Source of the DNA: Ruditapes philippinarum
Lineage: Eukaryota
Assembly (NCBI RefSeq): GCF_026571515.1
Contig: NW_026862013.1
Location: 186,001-250,000 of the forward strand
Length of the DNA stretch: 64,000 bases
Reading direction: 5' to 3'
Shown: positions 12,908 to 25,672 of the stretch, in pieces
How the letters are laid out: every line of letters starts with the position of its first letter
How positions within the stretch are numbered: the stretch's first letter is position 1
The notes under the pieces: generated by a model
Told to the model about the DNA's origin: nothing
Database searches by the model: none
What the model saw: only the letters and a program-made list of their open reading frames with translations
Translations under genes and position numbers: made by a program

Positions 12908-14082
12908 CTGTAAACAGGATAAAAATGAATTACTTTGACTTATTAACAAAACTAAGACAAAGAAAAAACAGCTTTCATACATTCAACAACAGCTTATTCA
13001 TTAAACATTTCACACCAATTTTTTTGTTCAGTTATATAGTTGACGATATATGTTTACATGTAGTTTAGAACACACTGACTTTAAAATTTGCTTCATTTAT
13101 GTTCCTTCTTAGACAAAAAAAAAATAAATCTATGTCTCTCTACTCTGCTTTTAACTGTTGGCCCTTTTCCCCCCTTAACTCACTCCAAAGGTAGAAGACA
13201 CCTCCGAAATATAAAAGAAGTCTGTCAATGACATAGATTACCTGTCACCTGTAAAACTGTTAATATCTATTTTTGGTATTGTTGATCTTGACCTTGACCC
13301 AAATCACCCCTATCTAAATCTGAACCTTCCTTTGCATTTAAACATGAAAGACATCAATTAAAAATAAAAGCTGTATGAGCAAATATATGACATACAAGTT
13401 TGTACAATGTTCCATATTATCTTTTAGTCCAAGTATAAAAAATGTTCCATTTTATATCTTAAAGGGAAAGCACTTGCTGATGAAAAAATATCATCAATAT
13501 AGATAATGTTTCATAAAGTTTTGAAGGCTGCAAGCTGTTTCTGACAGTTTCAGGATGAATTCTTCCACAACCAAAAAACCCTTAACTTTCAGCTTTCACA
13601 CACAACTCGACAGAAAAACTATAATATTGCATATCGAGTAATTTTCATCTGTAGTGGTAAGTTATTATCAAGTATACACTTCTTTTTTTAACCATTTCTT
13701 AGTAATTACATTACCATTTTTCCCCGCTGAAAGGATCTATCACCATTCGTTCAAGACAGAAAAATTATAGATGGCTGGTAAATGTCAGGGGAAAACATAT
13801 GTGACGCCAAGGTTTTGAATATTATTAAAGGTCGATAGAACCAACACTATCAACATTGATTTATTTATGAAGGAAACCAGCAAAAAGTGGTACTGAAGCA
13901 CACAAAACATTGCAACATTACTTGGTTTACAACATCTTACAAGCTGGTTTATAAACATCATGTTTTCTGTTAGCCTATAATTTGCCAAGTTTGAACAAAA
14001 GCAAACAAAATGCACTAAATTTAAAATTAGACACAAAATAAAAATCATTCAAATATCTAAAGTGTATATCATGAAAGAATAC

Positions 14083-14176
14083 CTTTTCAATGCCCCGCAA
14101 GAATTTATCACACTGTGTATAATGCTTCTTTGGCTGTGTTACAAGTTCACAAAGTCGCTGTACAGTAAATGGTGCA
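14083..14176 (-). CDS. PPP4R2: PPP4R2 exon 4 ([31 protein letters not shown])
   Basis: tttcag|...AAG|gtattc; contains the PPP4R2 hallmark PFTxQRLCEL...DKFLRG. Confidence 0.97.
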
Positions 14177-14367
14177 CTGAAATAAGAAATTACATCTTAA
14201 AGTGATCAAATATTCCAGAGATGTGCATTTTTGAAATGTTTCAAATAATGTCATGACAATGACCTGTATGATTTCATAATGCTGCATGCTATAAATACTC
14301 TATTTACAAGATTTTAATTAATCAGGCAAGGTAAAAATTTCTGTGAAACAAATTCATTGTATGCAAT

Positions 14368-14817
14368 AACAAGATCTGTTGGAGAGCATTAATGCTCGAC
14401 TATTTAAAAAAGTTGTCACAAGGGTGTTTTAATTGAGTATAATAATGCTTACCTATATGAATACATAAAATTGTCCGAAAAGGTACAAAGGCTTATTGTT
14501 AAGATGCTTTATTGAGTAAATCACTGCTTTATTATTATGAATGCATAAAATTGTCCCAAAAAAGGCACAAACCCTTCAGTAGTTATGGAGATACCAGCAT
14601 ACAAGCAAAACCTTTACCAAGAATTTCTAAGCCGAAAAAGGGGAAAAATTACGAAAAAACAAATCAAGAGTTATGGGACTTGTACCAATCATGTAAGATG
14701 TGAATTTGAATTCATTTCCTTCAGTAGTTATGGAGATACTTGCTTACATGCAAAAACTTAACCACAGGGAAGCCGATGCCGACAAATGGGTGACTGCAGA
14801 ATAATCAAGCTAATAAA
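14368..14817 (-). mobile_element. Helentron-type non-autonomous element (HINE/DTC84-like MITE), reverse orientation
   Basis: Minus strand begins tttattagcttgattatt and ends aatagtcgagc...ctcc/aacagatcttgtt, the same termini as the elements at 25673 and 41956; gtcggcatcggc microsatellite relic. Confidence 0.7.
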
Positions 14818-14984
14818 TGTCAGAAACATGAATTTCTAAAACAAAAATATTGTCTGACATTTTAAATTGAATTTAATCTTTCATGCTGATATCACTCAAA
14901 ATTGATAATACTGAAGCTTGACAAGTCCATTAAAGAAATTAAGCAAATTACAAAATGTGGGTAACACGAAATTGATTATTTTAC

Positions 14985-15157
14985 CCATTAAATTTCTGCA
15001 ATGCATCAATAATGCGCTGTCTCATCTCCATAAACTTTGTATTATCAACATTTGGAAAATGGGGCCCGCGAAACCCCCAAGGTCATTTTGTTGAATGTTT
15101 TTCCATCACCCGCTCTGTTCTGGCAAAAAAACATCTTGAGTTGTTGCCCCTGGAAAC
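14985..15157 (-). CDS. PPP4R2: PPP4R2 exon 3; 3' half intact, 5' half frame-disrupted
   Basis: 3' part reads PHFPNVDNTKFMEMRQRIIDALQKFNG|gtaaaa and joins exon 4 in phase. The 5' part has FP, QQLKMFF, ERVME and FNKMT in different frames and GG where the acceptor AG is expected. Confidence 0.85.
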
Positions 15158-16948
15158 CCCAGGCATTTCAAAAAAAGTGCATTTGGTTCAAAATTAAAAG
15201 TTTTTGAAATGCATCCTATATTGTAACATTAAATGTTTGTGGTATTTTATGTAAATCTGAAAAATTTGTTTATTTTATCTTAAATTGTTTCAAATTTCAC
15301 TTGATAATAAAATGTTTTGAGAAATTTCCACATTTATAACCATAATTCATTTACATTTATCATGAAAACCCTTTGTAAATTTTTTTTTACATATGAATAC
15401 CTCTAAATTTAAATTTTAATGGACACAAAAAAGGTCTTTGCCAAGTTTCTTTTTCATATGTGATGATGTTTATGATGCTCCCAAATGACTGGTTATTAAA
15501 TAACTGAAGTGTGTACTTTAAAGTGACAAAAATAAATTGATTAATGTAGATCTGTAGCTGTAAAAATCCAAACAAATCTTCATGTTTTCTAGTACACAGG
15601 CGATTAAAATTATTAACTTTAAAGTATTTTAACATTTAACTCAAATCTGACGAATGTTTAAGATAATAATTTGAGCATTTAAGGGATTTTTATACCAGAA
15701 ATTAGATAAATCTGTTTTACCATGACATTAACAGATCTTAAATATTTTGGGTGAAAACTTTGTATTTCAGGAGTATAAATCTGACAAGTCAAGTGGCTTT
15801 TTTTTGTTTTTGAATTTTTGGGAATGGGTCCGGGTCCAATCTAGCTTGGAAAAAAAGGGGATTGTGATGCCATTCTGAATTTTTAAATTTAAGTCACTTT
15901 TAATGTTCACCATTTCAGCCTCAGGCTGTTGACATTAACCAATTAACTGACTTTTCCATTTTGAACTGGGTAGAAATTAATTTGTGACTTTTTTGGGTGT
16001 TTCATTAATATATCCAAATGCTGAAAGTTTTTCTGTGGAATTGGCGTGCTTGATTATCTTATTGCAACTATGGGAACATGTTCCATTGGCATGTTCTAAA
16101 TTCTAAATCTAATTGAGTATTTTTCAGGGATTTATTAAACGCCTTTAAAATCCAAATAAAATGCAGATTTTAAAGGAGTTTTGAGCTCCAAACCCAAAGT
16201 GTCTGTGGAATTTGATGCATTCAAATCATTGAAATAAATATCATACTTGTAAAGGTTAAACATATCCATACCGTTTGGTATCAATATTTTTTCCCGTATT
16301 AATTATACAGCCATAGAAAGGTAAATTAAAAAATGCTGCCTAAAAAAATCTTCCGTTGGCACTCTATAATTTAAAAAAAAAATCTGACACAAGTCTTTAT
16401 CCAGTTTACTCAGGTCATTATGTACATTACACACACATCGAATGCATCATGCTTACCATATTTGGCAGTAGAGAACAGACGCTACGTCACTTGATACCTG
16501 TACTGTATACATGTTAACAGTGTAATTGATGCACAGATGTGTAGAGTTTGTTTGCTACTGGATTATATAATTGGACTTAATTATTTTGGCCCTGTGGGTG
16601 TTAAAATAGGTATTCAATTTATCAATATATTAACGGACAATTAAAAGGTGTGAAAGTCGTTTAAATCAGACAAAACATTGCATTGGGACCAGACAATTAG
16701 GGTCGCTTGTCACATATGACTTGGAGTTGTTTAATTCAAACCATTTATATAGGAAAATACGTTGGGGGTACTGAAACAAGGTCGGATAAGTCAGGGAGTC
16801 GTTGAAATCAGGGGGTCGCTAAGGCAGTCTCGACTGTACAACTTTTTTACAAGTGACATCTTGTTTCTCAGGCAATGCCTCTTGATTCCTATATCACTTG
16901 ATTACAATCTAGTAGTGGAATAATCTGGTGCAAAATCAACTCTTCCTC

Positions 16949-17008
16949 GGTCGGTCTATTTACCCCACCCAGAGTAGTCTTGTGGTATCTTGGGTAAATA
17001 GACCGACC
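16949..17008. repeat. 17-bp perfect inverted repeat (MITE remnant) in PPP4R2 intron 2
   Basis: ggtcggtctatttaccc (16949-16965) / gggtaaatagaccgacc (16992-17008). Confidence 0.85.
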
Positions 17009-17181
17009 TACTCTTCCTGGCAGATGATTCCAGATGGAGAAAAGATTTATTTATAGACATATCAGTTTGTAAGTTTTGTTTATTAATCACTTAACATTTA
17101 TGGATATACAAAATGTAACTATAAAAGACCAGAAACATGTAAGAAAATTGTTATGATAAATATTTCAAACTGTTTACTTAC

Positions 17182-17263
17182 ACAGTTTTACCAGTTTTCG
17201 CGACTGTGCGTAAATAGTCTTCCAAGACCGGTGGTATATCTCGAGACGGTGTTTTCTCAAAAC
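17182..17263 (-). CDS. PPP4R2: PPP4R2 exon 2 (FEKTPSRDIPPVLEDYLRTVAKTGKT)
   Basis: tttacag|GT TTT GAG...ACT GT|gtaagt; matches the PPP4R2 FEK...PVL..(F/Y)L..VAKTG motif. Confidence 0.96.
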
Positions 17264-17348
17264 CTGTAAAGATATGACAAAATGGTGAGAGACAGTCAAT
17301 TTATGAATATTTGAAGTACTGTTTTGTCAAATATCAAACACAACTTAC

Positions 17349-17391
17349 TGTTTAAAACATCCAGAACTTTGTCTTGATTTTCCATTTCCAT
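17349..17391 (-). CDS. PPP4R2: PPP4R2 exon 1 coding part (MEMENQDKVLDVLN)
   Basis: ATG at 17391 (alternative ATG at 17385); donor A|gtaagt in phase 1 matching exon 2. Confidence 0.92.
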
Positions 17392-17394
17392 TGT

Positions 17395-17490
17395 TTACCG
17401 TATCAGTTCTCCGGTCAAGGACGATAATTGCGTACGATGACGTCTAGACAATCTATTTTACAGTGCACGAAATTCCGGTATAAAAGTACG
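17395..17490 (-). promoter_or_regulatory. Probable PPP4R2 promoter/5' UTR
   Basis: CpG-rich patch directly upstream of the ATG, with a CRE-like TGACGTC near 17438 and an ETS-like CCGGAA on the minus strand near 17473. Confidence 0.45.
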
Positions 17491-20060
17491 AGTTGGCACA
17501 AATTTTTAGAAGCAGAGACTTACAGTACATACAAATATTTAAATAAAGCTCTGCGGTAGAAAAATAGAACATATCATGAATATAAGAAATGCAGATTTTG
17601 TTTTTAGTTCTTATTTATTTTTTATTTATTTTTATTTCATTTTCCATTCAAAATGCACGTGAAACTCGTTCTAAAGGCACACAAATCATGTGCAATTGAA
17701 ACATGTGCATTAAAAAAATGGCCAGTATGTCTGTTATGTAACATTGTTCGGCGGGAGTGTCCGAAGTGTCCAAAGAGAGGAAAGTGATCTCTAAATGAAA
17801 ATTCAAGTATAATTATTTAACACTTTCCGTTCGATGCATTTTTAATTTCGCAATTTTTGATTTCAAAATATGCTTTCCAGCCCGATCATATTTTGTTTAA
17901 ATGCGCGAGTGAGCATACAAAACATTTTTTTACTAATAACAAATCTGTTCCAAGTAGAGCTTTCCCTAACTTTATACATATGTAGCCGCCCAGATGTCAT
18001 TTAGTAAAATCTATAAAACCTCATAAGTGTTTCAAGGGTATTAATTGATCGATATTGATAATTGATCGATATCTATCTTAATATGTTGCTAGGAAAATAG
18101 ATGTACACAGAAACTTCATAAGAAAATGAGGTAAAGGGCAACGGAAGAGGTTTCAAGTCTACCCGACGACCAAAGCTAAGAGTTACAACGGCTGCCCTGT
18201 AACATGTTCGTGTCGCTGGGGTAGTATTCATTCGTCTTTATTGTACCACCATTGAACATTTTGAAGAATTCCATCAGCAAATTCTAGAAATATATATTTT
18301 CATAGAGTGTGGTACAGTTATAAATTTCTCCAAGTGTAGTTATAATTATATTGTTCCTACCTTGATTTGCAAAAATAAAATCGCTAAAGAATCCGACAGT
18401 TTACTCGTATTGGTGAATGTTATAAAATGTTAGAGACTATAGTTAATAATTAATTATGTGAAACATCCGTTTCGTTTTTTTTAAAGTTACTATATCGTCG
18501 CATTTATATTTTAGTTATAAACGCAACGTGCTTTTTAGTGAGGTTTCGGTAAGAGTTTTGCAATATGCAACATAAATTCCATGATTTTCTTAAATTTCAA
18601 AAATATACTTGGCACAGAGCAGATACACATGTATTACAAAAATGTACATGCATTTTATCAAACAAATTTCTTAACATATCTTGAATAAAGACCAAATCAA
18701 CTGATCAAGACTTATTTATAAATACAATGAATTCCTTTCAATAAAATGAAATTTTACGGAAAAAAGGAAAACATGATAGAAATATCTTGTATTTCCCACC
18801 TAATATTAACAAGCACGCACGCACGTTTAGATAATAATGTTTTTCAGAGGAAAGATACCAAATATTGTTCGTTAAAAGCACGGCACCCTACTTTAATGCT
18901 TTAACACGTCCGTGTTATTTTTGCCGTGTGGCGACTGGAAAAAGTCTCCCCGTACATTATATTTTCGATCCTTGAAGAGCGTTCAGCACGACATTATTGC
19001 CGTGTATACATTTTAGATGGTATTTTAGTTTCTTGTATTTGGCCTTTTTCAACTTGGGTGGTTCCAATATTCCTACTTTAATACTGTATAAGCAGCCTTA
19101 GGATATGTTGCCTATTTTTTAAATTTATCTTTTGACGCCTTGTCTGTGATATGCAGGCTTCATAACCTCAGGCCCCTTTCAAAATTCCATTTTATTTAGA
19201 TCCGCCCATTGTTTTCTCGTTTAGGGCACACGCATTCTTTCACTATGGGGACCGTTCGCCGCTTTTCATGGAATGACACTACTGTGTCACATTGAAGGTT
19301 CCATGATAACCGCCGTATGAACACATCTGCGGATGTTTCTAAATTCAAAATTTCACCATTTTTGTGTTTAAATGTTGAATTCTGCTTAAGCCGGTGCTAG
19401 TGGGCGTGGGCAGTGACTTGCACTTTCCAGTACCGTCCATGAACAGGCTCAATCAAACCGAGCCTGCAACATTTTACAATTTTGCCGTGTTGGGCTTTCT
19501 TTAGGGACTCTGTTTTTCTCTATTTAATTCAGTTCAAATTAAAATCCACAGTTTTTTCCTTTTGTTTATATAAAAAAAGACAAAGGGAATTTGTACCGTA
19601 AATATCGTACGATTCGCAAAAGCTCGCAATTCCATAGTACACACCCTAACTGTCGTTTATAACATTTATTTCGTTCTTTCCGTATCCAGTCCCATCTAAT
19701 TCTCTCGTTTTGACGAATATTATAGCTACATGTTTATGTCTATAGACCTCCGCCGTACTGGAGCGAATATACGTCCAGCGACTCGCCAATTATGATTTTC
19801 AGCTAGGTGTTTGTCCAAATATATGTCCATGTTGTACAAATCACGGTCTAATGAATATAATACAGCAATTAAGGTCTCAATTGCAGTGATATAGATATCT
19901 ATATACCCGGCCCAATCCTTAAGGAGGACTTTATTACGACCTGAAGCTGTGCCATATATGTCTCCTGTTGCACAGTAGCTGCAGCTATCATGAGCCGACT
20001 CATGTGATCACTAATCTCTCTTGTTATTCTGTATGTCTTAAAATTTGTTCTTAATTATTA

Positions 20061-20292
20061 CATACATGTTAACTTTTTTCAATGTTCAAGAGGGAGAATT
20101 TACTTAAAAAAGAGGGAGATTTTTTAATTAACAATAGACATAGAAGGAAATTTTGAAAAGAAAAAGAGGGGATTTCTTTTTTTCTTTTTTTATAAACACC
20201 CCTTATTCCAAGAAAATTATTTAAAAATTTGACAGGAGAAAGAAGGTGTCTCCCGCTTACCCTTAATTAAACAGGGAGAGTTCACATACAGA
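20061..20292. mobile_element. MITE with CATACATGTGAACT-type terminal inverted repeats
   Basis: Starts catacatgttaact, ends agttcacatac; internal aagagggagatt repeats; second family member at 33953-34154. Confidence 0.6.
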
Positions 20293-23109
20293 TATACATG
20301 TATGTTATTATATAGTCAGTTCAATGAAAACCAGAGACGTAGATATCTATGTCTCTGTGAAAACAAACGCTTTTCCTTTTTTTCTGTATTATAAGACATT
20401 TAGATAAAGATTTCATCTGCGTTATGTGGTATTTTTTTCCAACTATTTAATATAATTTTATAAAAGTTATTGAATAATTATTAAATTGAATCTCCTGCTG
20501 CAAGGGAGATAAATCCTCCAAACTTGTCTTGTGGGATATATCTGCCTGGGCGGAATATACATCGACGCCGGTGTCCAATTACGATAAAAGCTAATTAAGG
20601 TAGAGCCAGGTAAATCATGTTTTGTTTTGATTTTATAGATTTTTATTTGACTTATTATAACATCTTTTAATGTTTGCCTTGAATACATGGAATTTATCAC
20701 ATAGTATCGCCGCTTCATTTGAGAAAAGGCAGAAGTGGGAGTGAATGATGTGTATTGTTTTTCGGATAGTTTAATTTTCGGACATAATGAATATTGAACA
20801 TTAAAGTTTGATTCTCTTAATGTAGAAATGGTGGGGTTATTTTTGTTTATGAAAATGAATATGTTGTTAAAATATACTGTTCCCATATAAATGTATCGCT
20901 ACTTTGATTTTGCACTACATATTCTATGCCATTTATGTTACCTGATTAACTTGATGGATCTATATTGTAGTAATGTTATCAATTGATAATTATAATTATA
21001 GAATCTATACACTTACTGATAACTTGAGGATCTGCCTAATCTGGTACTTGATGCGGCTGTTTATCAACCTCAATAAAGCACACTTTAATTCAAATCATTA
21101 TTTATCAAATTGTTTATTATTCAAAACCAGAACTTACCAGAGTTTCTTCATATTTTTAAAAAAAATTAAGTCTTGTCAGAAATATGATTTTGAAAGTTTG
21201 ATCTAGTTTTTAAGGTTATATTGGAACTTTGTTCTTTTTGCCTTCTGGATAATTTTGAAATATTTTGAATGCAAGACAACATCATTATAGCCAGCTATCA
21301 CAAACAGTGATGTTTCTAAGACATGACCAGTATTAATAGGCAAACTTATGGTCTGACTATTCTAATATCATGACAATATGTGTACAATATTTGAAAAAGA
21401 AAATGCTTTTGGTAAAAGGGTAATGTGTGATTTTGGAAGAAATTGAAATTTATTTCATATTTAAGGTGAACATGGGAAAAATTCTTCAAATTATCATAGG
21501 TTTTCTAAGAAAACTCTATATTATTATACACATTTTCATGCTGAAACAGGTTTGTTTATTATGATGGTTTAATTCAAATAGCTCATAATAGGCTTTTAAT
21601 AACTATATTGAAATCTGTATTAAGTCGGTCAGTTCTAATATTTTCTCCATGAATCAGTAGCTTCATAAATTTCCATGAATCAGTAGATGATAGGGATGAT
21701 AATAAGGGCAAGTCCAGTTATGACAAATCTTAAAATTGTCTCAAATGTAGACCTGTCTTCTTAATTAGCCAGGGGGAATCATCCTCATCTGCCACTCCCT
21801 TTATAGATTGTCATCTTGCTGTTTATAAGACAATATAAACACAGTGTGAGGCAATTATCATATTTCTGTATCATCATTTATATTATGAAATGATGGGTTC
21901 AGAATAATATAGCTTGTTCTATTAGCTTACCAGTCCAATCATACTAATTACAAATTAAAAATGGTACTCCACTTATACTCATAGCTTTTCCTGGCTTCAT
22001 ATCTTGAATTAATGAACTAGTTATGATTTAAAATAGAAATTATGTCACTGTTATATGATAGGGTGGGGTGTTAAATCCATGACTGTGTCTAAGTTTTGAT
22101 ATTTCAGAGATGTTTGGCATTGTGCCCACACCTACAATTAGGTATTGTCTCCCATGTATCTGAATGCAAACCATGTTATCATACATTGTTATGTTCAAAC
22201 AATTATCAACAATATATTTAGGAAATTATTAACCAGGCTACAAAAGTTTTTAAATGAGTAAACTTACCTGAGTATGATAGATAATACACTAATCATTTCT
22301 TTGAAGCTTTCTTCATTGTAAAAAACTTTTCCTGTTCCTATATATTTTCAAAATATGAAAAATAATGAAAAGGTAATTAATGCATGTACAAAAATCATTA
22401 ATGATCTTAGTTCTTGTAGTAAAAGATTATTAGAAGCAGTGCTAAAACTCAATATATTTTTAGTAATAACACTGTTCAAGATATGAAGAGACAAAATTAA
22501 TGCTTATGTTGTAATGTTTATTTTCAGGGAAATATAATTTAATCTTTTAAGAACCCTAATATACATTTGCTTTCTTGCAAAAGATAAAGATTTAATGGCA
22601 ATATCACAGAAAGAGAAAACTAGAACAAGAAATATTCTGTCAACAATGCAATAAAATAATTATATTATCCTATTTGGATACTAATAATCTTTTGGTTTTA
22701 ATGCATTTGTACTCTTGGTCAATTTATTTTAAAATATCATTTTGAATGTTTTGATTAATTTTTATTAGACAGTTGTTGACAACTTTATATTAATTTATAT
22801 TAATTTTGACAGGTGTTTGTGTTAGGTTGACAATAAAGGAATGCAGCTGTCATGTAGGAAAAAAGATAAATTTTTGCAATGTACGATTACCTTTTATCAG
22901 GTAGTTTTCCAAAAAAATATATATGTCATTTATGTGTAAACATTTTAGATTTTTCCCTTTAATATCACTCACTTTAAGTCTTTATGAATGATTGATGTAC
23001 AGCAGTAATTAAAAAAGGTGTATCTTTATATTAATTAAGGCCAAGGCTGTTAATTTACTACCAAAGCAAGAAAATGTTAAATAACCAGCATAATTGTAAG
23101 TCGATACCA

Positions 23110-23750
23110 CTGTGTAGCTGGTTATGTGATTGTTGTGTCACTAATTTCTATAGTACAATTTGACCAGAATAGCTGGTTATGAGATTCAGTTGTAACACAG
23201 TGTCACTGGTTATGTGATACAGTTGTAACACATCATCACTGGTTACATGATACAGTTGTAACACAGTGTCACTGGTTACGTGATACAGTTGTAACACAGT
23301 GTAGCTGGTTTTGTTATACATTTGCAACATGGTGTGACTGGTTACGTGATACAGTAAGAACACTGTGACTGGTTATGTGATACAGTTGAAACACTGAAGG
23401 ACCGGTTATGTGATACAGTTGGAACACTGTGTGGCTGGTTATGTGATACAGTTGGAACACTGTCTGGCTGATTATGTGATACAGTTGGAATAGGCCTACT
23501 GTCCAGCTGGTTATGTGATACTGTTGGAACACTGTGGCTGGTTATGTGATACAGTTGGAATAGGCCTACTGTCCAGCTGGTTATGTGATATAGTTGGAAC
23601 ACAGTGGCTGGTTATGTGATACAGTTGGAACACAGTGACTGGTTATGTGATACAGTTGGACCACAGTGACTCACATGTTATGTGATTCAGTTGGAACACT
23701 TTGTGACTGGTTATGTGATTCAATGGGACTTTTGTGTGGCTGGTTATGCA
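23110..23750. repeat. Minisatellite, ~30-39 bp unit ctggttatgtgatacagttggaacacagtg, about 20 copies
   Basis: Direct tandem repetition visible; it produces the repetitive ORFs at 23148-23602. Confidence 0.95.
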
Positions 23751-25672
23751 GTTCATTTGCAATACCATGAAGTTTTAAATCAAGGGTTTGAAACTTTAAT
23801 TATTATCCAGCCCCACTACTACAATAACAAGTTAATTTATCTTTCTGATGAACCACCTCTTAAAAAAGGTCCTTGATGCTCTTTGTAATTCCATGTTAGT
23901 GGCTTGGTTAATTCTTATGAAATGAAGAGTTAGTGTTGGCCTCCAAAATAAAGTAAAACTCACAATATTTGCTGCATACATATACACATGTGCACACTTA
24001 AAGAGCAGTTAGGGTTTGATTTGGAATATCATAGCTAAAATGCATTTAAAACCAGACAGTAACTTCAGCAAAACTGTACAAGTCGGGTGACATTTAAGAT
24101 CTTAAAACACTCCATATTTCTTCAGTCTCAATAAATTAAAAAATACCTTTAACATCAATTTATAGAGAAGGCAGTCTGTACTAGTTTTTAAAAGTGCAAA
24201 TACAATGTATTATATGTTGAGAATATTTAACCTAATTTGTGGAGAAAAGACAGCAATCTTTCCACTTGGCTGACAAAAAGCTGATTAATACATATATAAA
24301 TATACATATTACATACTTATATATAAACATGTTGTTATAATGTTTTCATTTGGATTTATGATAAAGTTAGATAATGTAACAATTACATTTAAATCTTAAA
24401 TAATCATTTAGGTATAATGGGTGACCACTTTGAGATAAAATTTATTATTATTATATTATTGTAAAGTGTTGATTTCTGATTAGCAAATAAACTAGATATT
24501 ATGTCATCATATATATAGTGATACAAATCAGCCTACTAGCCTATATGATACAGGGGGGACAGTTTTTAATTTCCTTTATTTTAGATTGATATTCTTCAAA
24601 GCCTACAGTTTCAAAACTTAAACTTTACAGTATATTCTTTTCACTTGTCTGAAATACAAAGATGGGAAAATCGAAAATGATGTCCAATATGGCCGACTTA
24701 TTACAAATTACATTTTCCAGGTTTTCAAATGATACAGTCATAGTTACATTCTATATAACATGCTTCAATCATTTACAGACAAAGCAAGTAGGCCTGAGGT
24801 TCATGGACCTGAGCAGATATTTTAGATCTCTAAATTGTTGTTAAATTATCATCATCAAATATGTAACCTTTTGAGAATTGTCTGATCACAATGTAAATTA
24901 TGAGAAAATGGTATATGTTATTTCTGTATATAAACATTGATTAAGTAAATAATTGTACTACAATGTACTATTTCCTCATGCTAATATTTGTATTAACTTA
25001 TGACTTGGCATATTTGGAAAACTTTTGACCATTTCTTGACTTTAAAGATTTTATATAAATTTCATAATTGTTCTGGATAAGCAAATCAATCTTTAGAATT
25101 AGGAACCACTGTGAATACAAGCTTCTTTCAAACACATGCTACTTGTAGTATGTAATAGCATACATACTTTACCCCATCTTTACTAATGACTTTGACTGTG
25201 AACTTTGAGAGTATAAATACCAGCAGGACCATGCAGCATTTTGTATGAAAAAACTTTCATGCTGGATTATGACTGGTAAAGTGGCGGCTTTATTCCATTT
25301 CTGGCTTGTGCTTGAAGTAATTATAATATTGAGAAATACACTTGTGACTTTCCTCAACCATAAAAGCATGTTAGTACCACTATGACTATACAAGACTTGA
25401 TGCTTGCTGTCCGAACAAGTATCTTAATACTGTCCACATATACATGACTGTTTAATGTTTGCCATGTAAGATAATGTTTTGAAAAGAGGTGTGTAACCTG
25501 AAAGTTCATATTTTCTGCTGTAAAGTTTGACCTATTGTAATTGCTGGTCAATGGCCACTTTATGGTTAGATTATGGGCAATGAAACGTAATGTCTTAAAT
25601 CTTTATTAAAATAAATCTTGATTTAGTATTTAAAAATCAAAGCAATATAACACATTTGAATCTCATTTTGCA

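Noticed and set aside
20467-20886. 139-aa minus-strand ORF and the other 60-115 aa AT-rich ORFs in the track
   Set aside because: F/I/L/Y/K-biased composition typical of random AT-rich frames; no homology recognised and no consistent splice structure.
23110-23750. Regular ~31-bp repeats as a CRISPR array or repeat protein
   Set aside because: No unique spacers, no cas genes, eukaryotic context; the ORFs in several frames are by-products of the minisatellite.
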